Notes under the pieces: generated by a model | Seen by the model: the letters and a program-made list of their open reading frames with translations, nothing else | What the model was told of the DNA's origin: nothing | Database searches by the model: none | Assembly (NCBI GenBank): GCA_046881825.1 | Contig: JBKSMS010000010.1 | Location: 86,348 to 150,347 of the forward strand | From: Alphaproteobacteria bacterium | Lineage (GTDB): Bacteria > Pseudomonadota > Alphaproteobacteria > Rs-D84 | DNA length: 64,000 bases | Reading direction: 5' to 3' | Translations under genes and position numbers: made by a program | Part shown: positions 20,124 through 29,111 of the stretch, piece by piece | Numbering within the stretch: position 1 is the stretch's first letter | Layout of the letters: every line of letters starts with the position of its first letter

Positions 20124-22082
20124 ATGTCTTTGAAAGATAATTTTAAAAAAGCTTCGAATGAAATATCAAATCGTATGAAATATCTACGGGGTGATAAGGG
20201 ACAGCTTGAGACAAAATATCAACAAATAAAAAATGCTATACCAAAAGATACCATAGGGGAATTTAGTCGTATAGCAAAATTGAGCGGTATAGATTTGTTG
20301 TGGTTTTTGTTTTGTCTTACGAAATTTGCTGCAAAGGACTTGAATACAATTTTTCTTGATAACAAGATAATTGATAAATGGCGCGAAGATAATAAAAAAA
20401 CAAAACACGCTGATTCTAAATTTAAACAGTGGCTTAATGAATTCCAAGGTGCGTATCCGACAGCTTCGGCCAGGTTAAAGCTGTGGGTGCTTTATGGTTT
20501 GGTTGCTACAATGGTTGCAGGCGGAATCAAATTGGCAGAAAATGGTGATAATGAAGATATAAATAGTATAAAGAAAGAGCGTGTTATAGATAATAAAAAA
20601 GATAATCCTTCTGATACAACAAAAATAGATTCTATTGAAGTCAAAAAAGATGACAAAATAGTTGATTCTTCGTTTGTGTACGATGTCACAAGCGAAAGTT
20701 TTGAAAAAGATTTTATAAATAAAAGTTGGAACGAGATAGTAATCAGTTTACTAGAAATGGAAACATGGCGCGAAAAACCTAAACTACAATCAGGTGAAGG
20801 TAGATACACTTATGGTCCGGGTTTAACATGGGTTTATACAAAAGTAAAAAATAAGAAAGGTGAATTTATAGAAGTTCAAAATAAGTGTGCTGGTAACTAT
20901 GTGAAAAAAGCATCTAATTTTACTATGGACCAAATATGGGATCAGGTTAAACGTCATTCTTTATATCGGACGGAAGTTATGCCGGTAATGAAAAGACAGC
21001 TGGAAAAGTATGGTTTTAAAGAATTGTCAGAACAACAAGTGTTGGGATTGTTCGTTGCGGGGTATCAATTACCTGGAACTTTGACGGATAATTATGATAA
21101 AAAAGGAAAGTTTATTAGTAATGGAATAATACATAATTTACATAATGCTGGTTCAAAAACACAAAAACAGGTCGATGCATTTATAGCTGGAAAAGAAATT
21201 AAAGAAAAATATCGTGTCGGTACAAACAAACGTCGTTGGTGGTGCGCAATGATATATATCGGAAAAATAACAACTGATGATTTATTAGAATTAAATCGTG
21301 ATTCTTTTTCTGCAATCAGTATTAATACAGTTTTAAAGAACGGTCATTTTGTATATGATGATGCCACAATAAAAAAAGTTCTTTCAGAGGCAAAAAAAAC
21401 ATCAAAGGGTTCTGTCAAAGATTTTATAAAAAAACAAAATGTTCCTTTGAAAGGGACAATAGTTAAACATAACAAAAGCAAGGTTGAAAACGACACAATT
21501 AATCCTTCAATGGAGAAAGTTCTTGATGGTGATGCAGCGTTTAATACGAAAGATTATAAGAACGCAATAAAATGTTATACTGATGCGATATCTTTGGATG
21601 AAGATAATATGGAAGCATACAGCAGTTTAGCACTGGCTTATAAAAAGTTGGGCGATCAAACACATTCTATATCCGATTATGAAAGTTCGTTGCAGGCAGT
21701 CAAAGCCTGTAATGCGCGAATGAATAAAAACAAAAGTTTGCTTCATGATCCAGAAATCAAGGCTGCTACATATTATAATGCTGGGTTGGCACGTGAAGAA
21801 ATCGCGAAATTACAAATCAAAGCAAATAATATTGCTGGGGCAATTGAAAATTATGTTAAGGCAAAACAGAATTTTGTAACAGCATATAATAATGCTGAAG
21901 AGGCAGAAAATGCTGAACGTATGATTTTATACAAGCAGGCTCAGAAACGTATGGATGACAAAGTGTCAGAAATAGAAAAAAGTGTAAAGAAAAAAAATTC
22001 GTTCAAGGCTGGACAAAATAAAATTGTAAAAAAGCAAACAAAAACAATAGTTAATAATAAAAATATGCGATATAAGGGTTAA
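20124..22082 (+). CDS. Hypothetical membrane-anchored protein with C-terminal TPR-like repeats
   Basis: One hydrophobic segment (LKLWVLYGLVATMVAGGI). The central region has a weak lysozyme-like pattern. The C-terminal region is TPR-like (AAFNTKDYKNAIKCYTDAISLDEDNMEAYSSLALAYKKLGD). It ends 4 nt before ybeY. Confidence 0.5.
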   Translation: MSLKDNFKKASNEISNRMKYLRGDKGQLETKYQQIKNAIPKDTIGEFSRIAKLSGIDLLWFLFCLTKFAAKDLNTIFLDNKIIDKWREDNKKTKHADSKFKQWLNEFQGAYPTASARLKLWVLYGLVATMVAGGIKLAENGDNEDINSIKKERVIDNKKDNPSDTTKIDSIEVKKDDKIVDSSFVYDVTSESFEKDFINKSWNEIVISLLEMETWREKPKLQSGEGRYTYGPGLTWVYTKVKNKKGEFIEVQNKCAGNYVKKASNFTMDQIWDQVKRHSLYRTEVMPVMKRQLEKYGFKELSEQQVLGLFVAGYQLPGTLTDNYDKKGKFISNGIIHNLHNAGSKTQKQVDAFIAGKEIKEKYRVGTNKRRWWCAMIYIGKITTDDLLELNRDSFSAISINTVLKNGHFVYDDATIKKVLSEAKKTSKGSVKDFIKKQNVPLKGTIVKHNKSKVENDTINPSMEKVLDGDAAFNTKDYKNAIKCYTDAISLDEDNMEAYSSLALAYKKLGDQTHSISDYESSLQAVKACNARMNKNKSLLHDPEIKAATYYNAGLAREEIAKLQIKANNIAGAIENYVKAKQNFVTAYNNAEEAENAERMILYKQAQKRMDDKVSEIEKSVKKKNSFKAGQNKIVKKQTKTIVNNKNMRYKG

Positions 22083-22086
22083 GGTC

Positions 22087-24099
22087 ATGAAGGTCTGGAT
22101 TAATTACGAAGATAATAGCTGGAAAAAGTATAATATAAATTTTGAAAAAATCGCTAATGCGGCGGTTTTGCCCGTATACAAAGATTCAGAAGTTTCAATC
22201 ACATTGGTTGATGATAAACAAATTCGTGTTCTTAATAAAAAATATCGGGGTATAGATAAACCAACCAATGTTTTGTCTTTTGAATTAGGAGATGATATTT
22301 TACTAGGTGACATCTTTATTTCATTAGAAACAGTTAAGAAACAAGCGAAAGACGCCGGTATTTCCATCGCAGAACATACTGCGCATATGGTTGTTCATGG
22401 GATGTTGCACTTGCAAGGTTTTGACCATATCAAAGATAGTGAAGCCAAGGTGATGGAAAATAAAGAAATACAGATTTTGAAAAAATTAGGATATAAAAAT
22501 CCGTATGCTGATGAAATGGTTTGTACTGGAAAATCTTGTTGCCCTGGGAAAATTATTACTTGGTTTGAATCTTTGAAATTACGTGAAAATAGTTTGTGGT
22601 GGTATTTTACAACTGCCGTGTTGGGAATTATTACTTCGTTTGGTTTTGCGCCGTTTAATTTGTGGTTTTTATCTTTGTTTGGTATTGGGGCTATGTATTG
22701 GTTGGTACGGGCGCAAAAAAATAAAATCAGTTTTTGGAAATCGTGGTTATTATCTTCTGTATACGGTGCATTTTATGGCATATCGATGTTTTGGTGGGTT
22801 TTAAATTCGATATATGTAGTCCCAGAATTGGCGGCACAATTTGCTGTGTGGACCATACCAGCGTTGGTTGGAATAGGGCTGGTGTGTGGTGCAATATTAT
22901 CTTTGCCGTTTGCAATAATTCGTTATACACAGCGGAAATCGCCGTATAGCGCTATTTTGTTTGCTTGTGTTTGGGCATTAGTTTTGTGGGGGCGCGAATG
23001 GTTCTTAACAGGTTTTCCATGGAATCCGATATCTAATATAACGATAAATATGCCATTTATAATCAATTCAATTTCTTTGTGGGGGTCTATTGGTTTAACA
23101 TTTGTAATTGTTGGTTTGATTGCCGCTTTTGTAGATTTATGTCGCGATAAACAAAGAAAATCTTGTTTGTTCGTTTTTATTATGTATATTATTTTGCTGT
23201 TGATTGGATGTGTTTATGGGGCGCACAATATGAAATTATCAGCCAGGGAAAATGTATCGCCTTATCCAATCATAAGAATCGTGCAACCGGCTAAATCTGC
23301 CGTATACAAGATGCCATCATCCAAAGAAGAAACGCGTGATATTGCAAATCAAAAAATTCGTGATTTGTTTGTATGGGCAACAGAAGACAAAAGCGTTTCA
23401 CCTGACATAATTGTATTTCCAGAAACTACTTACCCATATACAATGGTTAATAACAATTTCCCTTTTGCAAAGATTTTAAATACCAATGTTGTTATTGGAA
23501 CGAATTATTACAACGATGGGAAATTTTATAATTCTATGGTGATTGCAGATAAAAGTGGAACAGTCAAACATTTATACAGTAAATCTCATCTTGTCCCATT
23601 TGGCGAATATGGCCCGTTTGGTGGATTAGTTCCAACCCCCGGACATTTAACAGCGGGAAATGGCAAAGAATTAATAACTATAAATACGCGTTATGGTGAA
23701 TTTATTTTTGCACCTGCTGTTTGTTATGAAATTATATTTTCTGATTCTTTGATTCCACAAGGAACATTGCCAGATGCGATAATTAATATAACAAATGACA
23801 CTTGGTTTGGGAATACACCTGGGGTTTATCAACATCTTGATATGGTTCGCAGATATGCGATTGAATCTGGTGTTCCCGTTGTTCGTGCTAATTATTCTGG
23901 GATAAGTGCTTTTGTTTCAGCGGACGGAAATATGATATCACAATTACCAGTTGCACAGACAGGTTCTTTGGATGGTTTTGTCTGGGGGGCGCATTTTACG
24001 CCGTATAGAGCGGTTGGCAGAAATTTATGGATGGCTTTTATTTTGATGTTTTCAATATTTGTTTCAATATCCATACCCTTATTTCAGAAGAAAGATTAG
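22087..24099 (+). CDS. Single ORF joining endoribonuclease YbeY (N-terminal 143 aa) to apolipoprotein N-acyltransferase Lnt
   Basis: The YbeY part carries the metal site HGMLHLQGFDH and ends ..LGYKNPYADE. With no stop, the frame continues (ATG 22516) into a full Lnt: a multi-TM N-domain, then a CN-hydrolase domain (IVFPETTYPY, YSKSHLVPFGEY, APAVCYEIIF) and a final TM. Confidence 0.8.
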   Translation: MKVWINYEDNSWKKYNINFEKIANAAVLPVYKDSEVSITLVDDKQIRVLNKKYRGIDKPTNVLSFELGDDILLGDIFISLETVKKQAKDAGISIAEHTAHMVVHGMLHLQGFDHIKDSEAKVMENKEIQILKKLGYKNPYADEMVCTGKSCCPGKIITWFESLKLRENSLWWYFTTAVLGIITSFGFAPFNLWFLSLFGIGAMYWLVRAQKNKISFWKSWLLSSVYGAFYGISMFWWVLNSIYVVPELAAQFAVWTIPALVGIGLVCGAILSLPFAIIRYTQRKSPYSAILFACVWALVLWGREWFLTGFPWNPISNITINMPFIINSISLWGSIGLTFVIVGLIAAFVDLCRDKQRKSCLFVFIMYIILLLIGCVYGAHNMKLSARENVSPYPIIRIVQPAKSAVYKMPSSKEETRDIANQKIRDLFVWATEDKSVSPDIIVFPETTYPYTMVNNNFPFAKILNTNVVIGTNYYNDGKFYNSMVIADKSGTVKHLYSKSHLVPFGEYGPFGGLVPTPGHLTAGNGKELITINTRYGEFIFAPAVCYEIIFSDSLIPQGTLPDAIINITNDTWFGNTPGVYQHLDMVRRYAIESGVPVVRANYSGISAFVSADGNMISQLPVAQTGSLDGFVWGAHFTPYRAVGRNLWMAFILMFSIFVSISIPLFQKKD

Positions 24100-24250
24100 A
24101 ACCAGGTTTTCTGGTTGAATCTATTTGCTGAATAAGGTTGGCAATAGAAACTTTGTGTTCTTCGGCTAGTTTTTTTAGCACATCAAAAAATTCTTGTTCC
24201 AGGGAAATACTGGTTTGATGTCCTGATAAAGATACTGATATTTTATGCAT
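24038..24250 (-). CDS. Ribbon-helix-helix protein (RHH_4 family)
   Basis: ISVSLSGHQTSISLEQEFFDVLKKLAEEHKVSIANLIQQID and NLSSEIRVWIL match the RHH_4 pattern common in Alphaproteobacteria. ATG 24250 lies 1 nt after the upstream stop. TTG 24265 is an alternative start. Confidence 0.7.
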   Translation of the reverse strand: MHKISVSLSGHQTSISLEQEFFDVLKKLAEEHKVSIANLIQQIDSTRKPGSNLSSEIRVWILKQILKTSK

Positions 24251-24251
24251 T

Positions 24252-24686
24252 TTATATTTTTCCAATAATTAAACAATCAAGCATTGCGCGATACGGGTCA
24301 TCATATTTTTTCAAAACTGATAATGTTAGATTATCTAGCATAAAGCAAGTGCCATTTACATCAAAAGCAAACCAAAATAAATCATTACGACCAAAGACTG
24401 TTTTTCCAAATAAATTTTTGTTGCCCGCCATATCTTTATTTATCTTTTCAATACTGGGCAGGGGGTATTTTATGCCGCGGTCAATTTCCGATAAACCAAA
24501 AATACAGGCAGACCCCAAAGTTATTCCAGAGCAAGTGTTGTATAATTCAATTATAAAAGGTTGCAACATCGCTGCACGCATGTTCTGTAAATTTGTGTTA
24601 ACAACATTTATATTAGATGTTTGTTTAGCCGGAAAGACTGTCGCCCCACGAGATTTTATCAAAGATAAAAATTCCATCAGTGTCAT
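24252..24686 (-). CDS. Hypothetical protein, SUKH/SMI1-KNR4-like pattern (possible immunity-type protein)
   Basis: The 144-aa layout (LQPFIIELYNTCSGITLGSACIFGLSEI ... GKTVFGRNDLFWFAFDVNGTCFMLD) resembles SUKH-superfamily proteins. GGGGGAA SD inside the end of the upstream gene, 2-nt gap. Confidence 0.45.
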   Translation of the reverse strand: MTLMEFLSLIKSRGATVFPAKQTSNINVVNTNLQNMRAAMLQPFIIELYNTCSGITLGSACIFGLSEIDRGIKYPLPSIEKINKDMAGNKNLFGKTVFGRNDLFWFAFDVNGTCFMLDNLTLSVLKKYDDPYRAMLDCLIIGKI

Positions 24687-24688
24687 TT

Positions 24689-25195
24689 TTATTCGTTCCC
24701 CCGTCCTGACATAAAATTAAAAGCGCTTTGACTTAATCTGTCCGAAGCAGAATTTCCACCAGCGCCACCACCACCGCTATGTGTTGTTAAATATATCTTT
24801 TTTTCAGGATTTGGCAAAAATACCGTATTCGCGTCACTTTGTTCAATGATAAATCTGTCCATATTATAAGAATGCGGAAATGTCCAACACAAAAACATAT
24901 TATCAATGCTTAATTTTCCGCCCCAAAGCAAAGGTATCTTGAAACGAATCGATAAATTTTCTGGCAAAGATTGTCCGGTAATCAAATCAATAAATTCATC
25001 TTGGGGCAGGTTCATGAAAGCTATTTCTTCCAAAGAATCACTAAGTGATGATAAAAAATCATGGCGCAAAGCAGAATATTTCTTAAACCAATCTGGTTCT
25101 AATAAGCACCGTTTAGGAGCATATTCCATAACAGGCATATCATCCAGCCCCAATGTCGCAAGTCTTTCAAGTGCCCGATGTTCGTTTAATTGCAT
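24689..25195 (-). CDS. Hypothetical protein with degenerate HNH (beta-beta-alpha-Me)-like segment and G-rich tail
   Basis: RFKIPLLWGGKLSIDNMFLCWTFPH follows the colicin-type HNH spacing (P-x3-GG ... DN ... H), but the leading His-His is replaced by Arg-Phe. The C-terminal tail contains HSGGGGAGGNSAS. 9-nt gap from the upstream gene. Confidence 0.4.
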   Translation of the reverse strand: MQLNEHRALERLATLGLDDMPVMEYAPKRCLLEPDWFKKYSALRHDFLSSLSDSLEEIAFMNLPQDEFIDLITGQSLPENLSIRFKIPLLWGGKLSIDNMFLCWTFPHSYNMDRFIIEQSDANTVFLPNPEKKIYLTTHSGGGGAGGNSASDRLSQSAFNFMSGRGNE

Positions 25196-25204
25196 TGTTA
25201 TGCA

Positions 25205-26092
25205 TTACCCCATATTTTTAACATATTGTATTATTGTATCAATATATTCAGAATATGCATCAAAATTATCTTGGTCGGCATCAGACATGTCGTTTGACCA
25301 AGCAGGGGGTAATTCAGATACAAAAGTTTTTAATTCATCAACAGATTTAAAAATAAAAATAGAATCACTGGTTGTTTGTGTGTTTTTTGTGTCTATTATA
25401 AAGGCATTTATGTTTATTTTTATATCTTCAAGGGTTTCGGTAAATATGCTTTCCAACCTGTTTATTGCATTCTGTAATGTATTAGTGTCTGTATCCACAG
25501 CACCAATCCAAACAATTTCATTTGGTGCAATGGCAAACAGATTCGGTGTGAATCTGGAAATTACAGGGTTTGGTTTTATAACATATCCTTTGGATTGAAA
25601 TATTTGTGCCAACAACGAATCGTATCTTGACGGAGATTCTTGTTGTTTTTGTTTTATATCTTCTTGTCTTTGTTGTAAAACACTTGCCATGTTAGACGGC
25701 AGATTTAATTTTGGCGGTTGTGATAAATTTAAAGCCATACGCGGTGGTTCTACAGCAATTTTTTCTTCTTTGTTTTCTTGTTTGGGCAATATAGGTGCGG
25801 TCGTTAAAAAATCAGCAGATTCTTTGACAGTTTTCTTTTGGTGTTTGTGAACAATTACAGATACATACAAGAATAGTAACCCGAATATAAGTACCAATAT
25901 CGCGACAGCAATAGAAATGTAAAAGCCATTGTTGACTGGTATGTGTTCCACCTGTAATCGGGCGAGTTCATCCCAATGTTCTGCGGAAAATAAGTTAAAT
26001 CCATAGACAATGTTTAACCAAAAAGTAAGCCCTAGCAAAACCGCTATGCCAAACAATACAGATAGTAAAATATGTTCAAATTTATTTCTCAT
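25205..26092 (-). CDS. Hypothetical membrane protein (two N-terminal TM helices, Q/P/K-rich linker, C-terminal globular domain)
   Basis: TM1 ILLSVLFGIAVLLGLTFWL and TM2 FYISIAVAILVLIFGLLFLYVSVIV. First gene of a four-gene minus-strand operon. No family recognised. Confidence 0.5.
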   Translation of the reverse strand: MRNKFEHILLSVLFGIAVLLGLTFWLNIVYGFNLFSAEHWDELARLQVEHIPVNNGFYISIAVAILVLIFGLLFLYVSVIVHKHQKKTVKESADFLTTAPILPKQENKEEKIAVEPPRMALNLSQPPKLNLPSNMASVLQQRQEDIKQKQQESPSRYDSLLAQIFQSKGYVIKPNPVISRFTPNLFAIAPNEIVWIGAVDTDTNTLQNAINRLESIFTETLEDIKININAFIIDTKNTQTTSDSIFIFKSVDELKTFVSELPPAWSNDMSDADQDNFDAYSEYIDTIIQYVKNMG

Positions 26093-26135
26093 TTCATTTC
26101 TATTATATCATATTTTATGATAAACTGGAAATATA

Positions 26136-26807
26136 ATGATAGAAATAAATGAAATTTTTTCTGATTCGGATAAAAGGGTTGCTTTGTGGTGTGAAGATGT
26201 GGGGGACACCAATGATTTGGCGACTATGGCAGATTATATTATTAAAAATGATGTGCATTTTATATCTGTCCCATTCGAAATTGTGCCTTTGATTTGGGTG
26301 TATTTGGAAAAATTCAAAGTCCAAATTTATACAAGATTTGATGTTTCGTTGAATCAAAAGAATATTGATGCTGATATGTATAATTTAGCTGCAAATATAA
26401 CAAGTGTTTGTAAAAAAGGTGCAGACGGTATCCAATTATTTGTGTCACAGCATGATTTTGAAAGCTTGGTTGATAAGATTTTGCCTGTGCGCGACGACCT
26501 GTTCTTTGGACACGATTTGTCTATCGCTTTGGATATAGAAGATATTGATATAAATAATTGGGGGACACTGTTTCAAAAATTACGCGATTTGCGTATCAAA
26601 GCTTTGGTTTTGACTTTAAATGAAGATATGAAGCACAGGTCTGATTTTGTGGGACGTGTATATGGTATGTTGCAAAATTGGGACATTGATTGTGAATTGC
26701 ACTTTATATTGAACAATAATTTTGATCGTATGGATCAAGTGATTCGTCTTGTTGAAAGTGAAAAACCTGAATTATCTGATAAATTGCATTTCTTTTTGGA
26801 TTATTAA
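26136..26807 (+). CDS. Hypothetical protein (223 aa)
   Basis: Long ORF diverging from the 25205-26092 gene across a 43-nt gap, with GGAA 5-6 nt before the ATG. The only resemblance is a faint one to aldolase-type TIM barrels, too weak for a call. Confidence 0.4.
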   Translation: MIEINEIFSDSDKRVALWCEDVGDTNDLATMADYIIKNDVHFISVPFEIVPLIWVYLEKFKVQIYTRFDVSLNQKNIDADMYNLAANITSVCKKGADGIQLFVSQHDFESLVDKILPVRDDLFFGHDLSIALDIEDIDINNWGTLFQKLRDLRIKALVLTLNEDMKHRSDFVGRVYGMLQNWDIDCELHFILNNNFDRMDQVIRLVESEKPELSDKLHFFLDY

Positions 26808-27469
26808 TTACTTAAAATTAAATACTTGGGTGCTGTTGTGCCAGCTTTGTTTTTGATTTGATAACGAGTTTTTATTATATCTAAATTAGTCGATTCGATT
26901 TTAAGTTTTGTTTGTTTTAATTCATTTAAAATCCAATCGTAATATTCCCAATGGTCTGTGCCGATAATGATTTGCCCATTTTTGCCAAGGTGTTCAGACA
27001 AAAGATTCAAAAAATCATGATTTAACAAGCGACGTTTTTCATGTCTTGCTTTTGGCCAAGGGTCAGGATGCAAAACCCAAATTTCATCGAATTGCGCATC
27101 TTTGAAATCTTGAAGCAGTAAACGAACATCGTCTGGGAAAATTCTAATGTTTTTGTATTCGCTTAAAACAGTGTTATCCGATTCGTTTGTTATCGCAGAA
27201 AGCAGGGCGGCAACGCCATTCGCAAAAGGTTCAGCCCCCACAATAATTGAATCGGGATTGGCGACAGATAAATCGCGCACATGTTCACCATTTCCAAAAC
27301 CAATTTCTAATATAGCCCGGTTTTTAGCTGTTTCAGCAAAATCAGGTGTAATTTTCGGTAACAGGTTTTCCATTAACCATTGCTTGCGATTCGATAATTT
27401 TTTACCATGTCGTCGACCAAAAGTGCGAATATCGTTTTGAATAAAATCTTTTAATTCTTGTTTTTCCAT
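26804..27469 (-). CDS. trmB: tRNA (guanine-N7)-methyltransferase
   Basis: SAM-binding ILEIGFGNGEH and TrmB signature LHPDPWPKARHEKRRL. Confidence 0.9.
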   Translation of the reverse strand: MEKQELKDFIQNDIRTFGRRHGKKLSNRKQWLMENLLPKITPDFAETAKNRAILEIGFGNGEHVRDLSVANPDSIIVGAEPFANGVAALLSAITNESDNTVLSEYKNIRIFPDDVRLLLQDFKDAQFDEIWVLHPDPWPKARHEKRRLLNHDFLNLLSEHLGKNGQIIIGTDHWEYYDWILNELKQTKLKIESTNLDIIKTRYQIKNKAGTTAPKYLILSN

Positions 27470-27514
27470 ATAATTAGTATAAAATTAATTGGTTAAAAAA
27501 CAAGGTGAAATAAA

Positions 27515-29089
27515 ATGCGTAATGGACTATCAAAAGATTTAATTGCTCGTGTGCTTGGTGGCGTGCCTAAATATACACTGGAAGAATTAGAGAATAAATT
27601 TCCACCACGCAATTTAAAAGAGGGTGCTTTTGTCACGCGTTTTGCCCCCAGTCCTACGGGTTTTATGCATATTGGAAATTTATATGGTGCGTTGATTGAT
27701 TATAAATTGGCAAACCAATCAGATGGTGTTTTTATGCTTCGAATCGAAGATACAGATACTAAACGCGAAGTAGAAGGCGCTGTAGATGTTGTAAAAAACG
27801 CGATACACAGTTTTGGTCTGGAATACAATAATGATGAAAAATATGGACCTTATTACCAATCAAAACGCAAAGATATTTATCATTCTGTTGCTGCATATTT
27901 ATTGGAAAAGGGATGGGCGTATCCTTGCTTTTTGAAACCAGAAGAAATGGAAGAAATCAGAGAAAAACAAAAAGCGGCTGGTTGGGCAACCGGGATTTAT
28001 GGTGAATGGGCGCGCGACAGAGATTTAACCGAAGATGAAATTATTGTTCACCTTGATAATGGTGAAATGCCATCGATTCGATTGTATTCAACAGGTAATC
28101 CTGATACACGTATTTTTTGTAAAGATGCTGTTCGTGGGTCTATATCTTTCCCAGAAAATAACGAAGATTTGGTTTTGATTAAATCAAATGATGGGTTGCC
28201 GACTTACCATTTTGCACACCTTGTAGACGACCATTTTATGCGCACAACTCATGTGGTTCGTGGCGAAGAATGGCTTCCTTCGTTACCGTTGCATTGTCAA
28301 TTATTTCGTATGATGGGATGGATGCCACCACTTTATATTCACACATCAACATTAGATAAAATTGATGCGGAAACTGGTAAACAGCGCAAAATGTCAAAGC
28401 GCAAAGACCCAGAATTTAATGTTGCTTTCTTTTTACAAGAAGGTTGGCCGACAGAATCTGTAATTGAATATTTGGGTAATATTTTGGCATCTGGATATGA
28501 AGATGCCAAGATGAAGGGTGCGGTTAAATCTTTTTGGGAATATGAAATGAAACCGAAAAAGATACCTATGTCTGGGGCGCTGTTTGATATGAAAAAATTA
28601 GAATGGTGGGCGAAAGAATATATCGCAACTTTGCCGGTTGATACATTGGTTAAAAATGTTGTCGATTGGGCAACGGAATATGGCAGTGAAGATAATAAAA
28701 AACAAATTGCGGGTGTTGATTATTTGAAATCTATATTATCTATTGAACGCGACAATCCGAAACGCATACGCAAAGATTTTATTACTTGGCAACAGACTTT
28801 GAAAGAGATTGCGCCATTTTTTGATTTCTTGTTTGCGCCAAACAAAGAATATGAATACAACGTGGACGCATTGCGTGAATTTATTGCGAATTTTAATGAA
28901 AAAGATGATAAAGATACATGGTGGCAAAAAATCGTCTATACGGCGGAAAAACTGGGTTTAAAGCCTGGCGAAGTTGCGATGAATTTGCGCGTGGCAATGC
29001 TTGGACGCACTAATACACCAGACCTTTATTCTGTTATGCAAGTATTGGGTGATAAACGCGTTCGTGAACGAATCAATATGATTATTTAA
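27515..29089 (+). CDS. gltX: Glutamyl-tRNA synthetase
   Basis: Class I motifs: RFAPSPTGFMHIGNLYGAL (HIGN) and KMSKRK. 524 aa with an N-terminal extension of about 40 aa ahead of the Rossmann fold. Confidence 0.9.
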   Translation: MRNGLSKDLIARVLGGVPKYTLEELENKFPPRNLKEGAFVTRFAPSPTGFMHIGNLYGALIDYKLANQSDGVFMLRIEDTDTKREVEGAVDVVKNAIHSFGLEYNNDEKYGPYYQSKRKDIYHSVAAYLLEKGWAYPCFLKPEEMEEIREKQKAAGWATGIYGEWARDRDLTEDEIIVHLDNGEMPSIRLYSTGNPDTRIFCKDAVRGSISFPENNEDLVLIKSNDGLPTYHFAHLVDDHFMRTTHVVRGEEWLPSLPLHCQLFRMMGWMPPLYIHTSTLDKIDAETGKQRKMSKRKDPEFNVAFFLQEGWPTESVIEYLGNILASGYEDAKMKGAVKSFWEYEMKPKKIPMSGALFDMKKLEWWAKEYIATLPVDTLVKNVVDWATEYGSEDNKKQIAGVDYLKSILSIERDNPKRIRKDFITWQQTLKEIAPFFDFLFAPNKEYEYNVDALREFIANFNEKDDKDTWWQKIVYTAEKLGLKPGEVAMNLRVAMLGRTNTPDLYSVMQVLGDKRVRERINMII

Positions 29090-29111
29090 AATTGAATAAA
29101 AAGTGAGAGAT

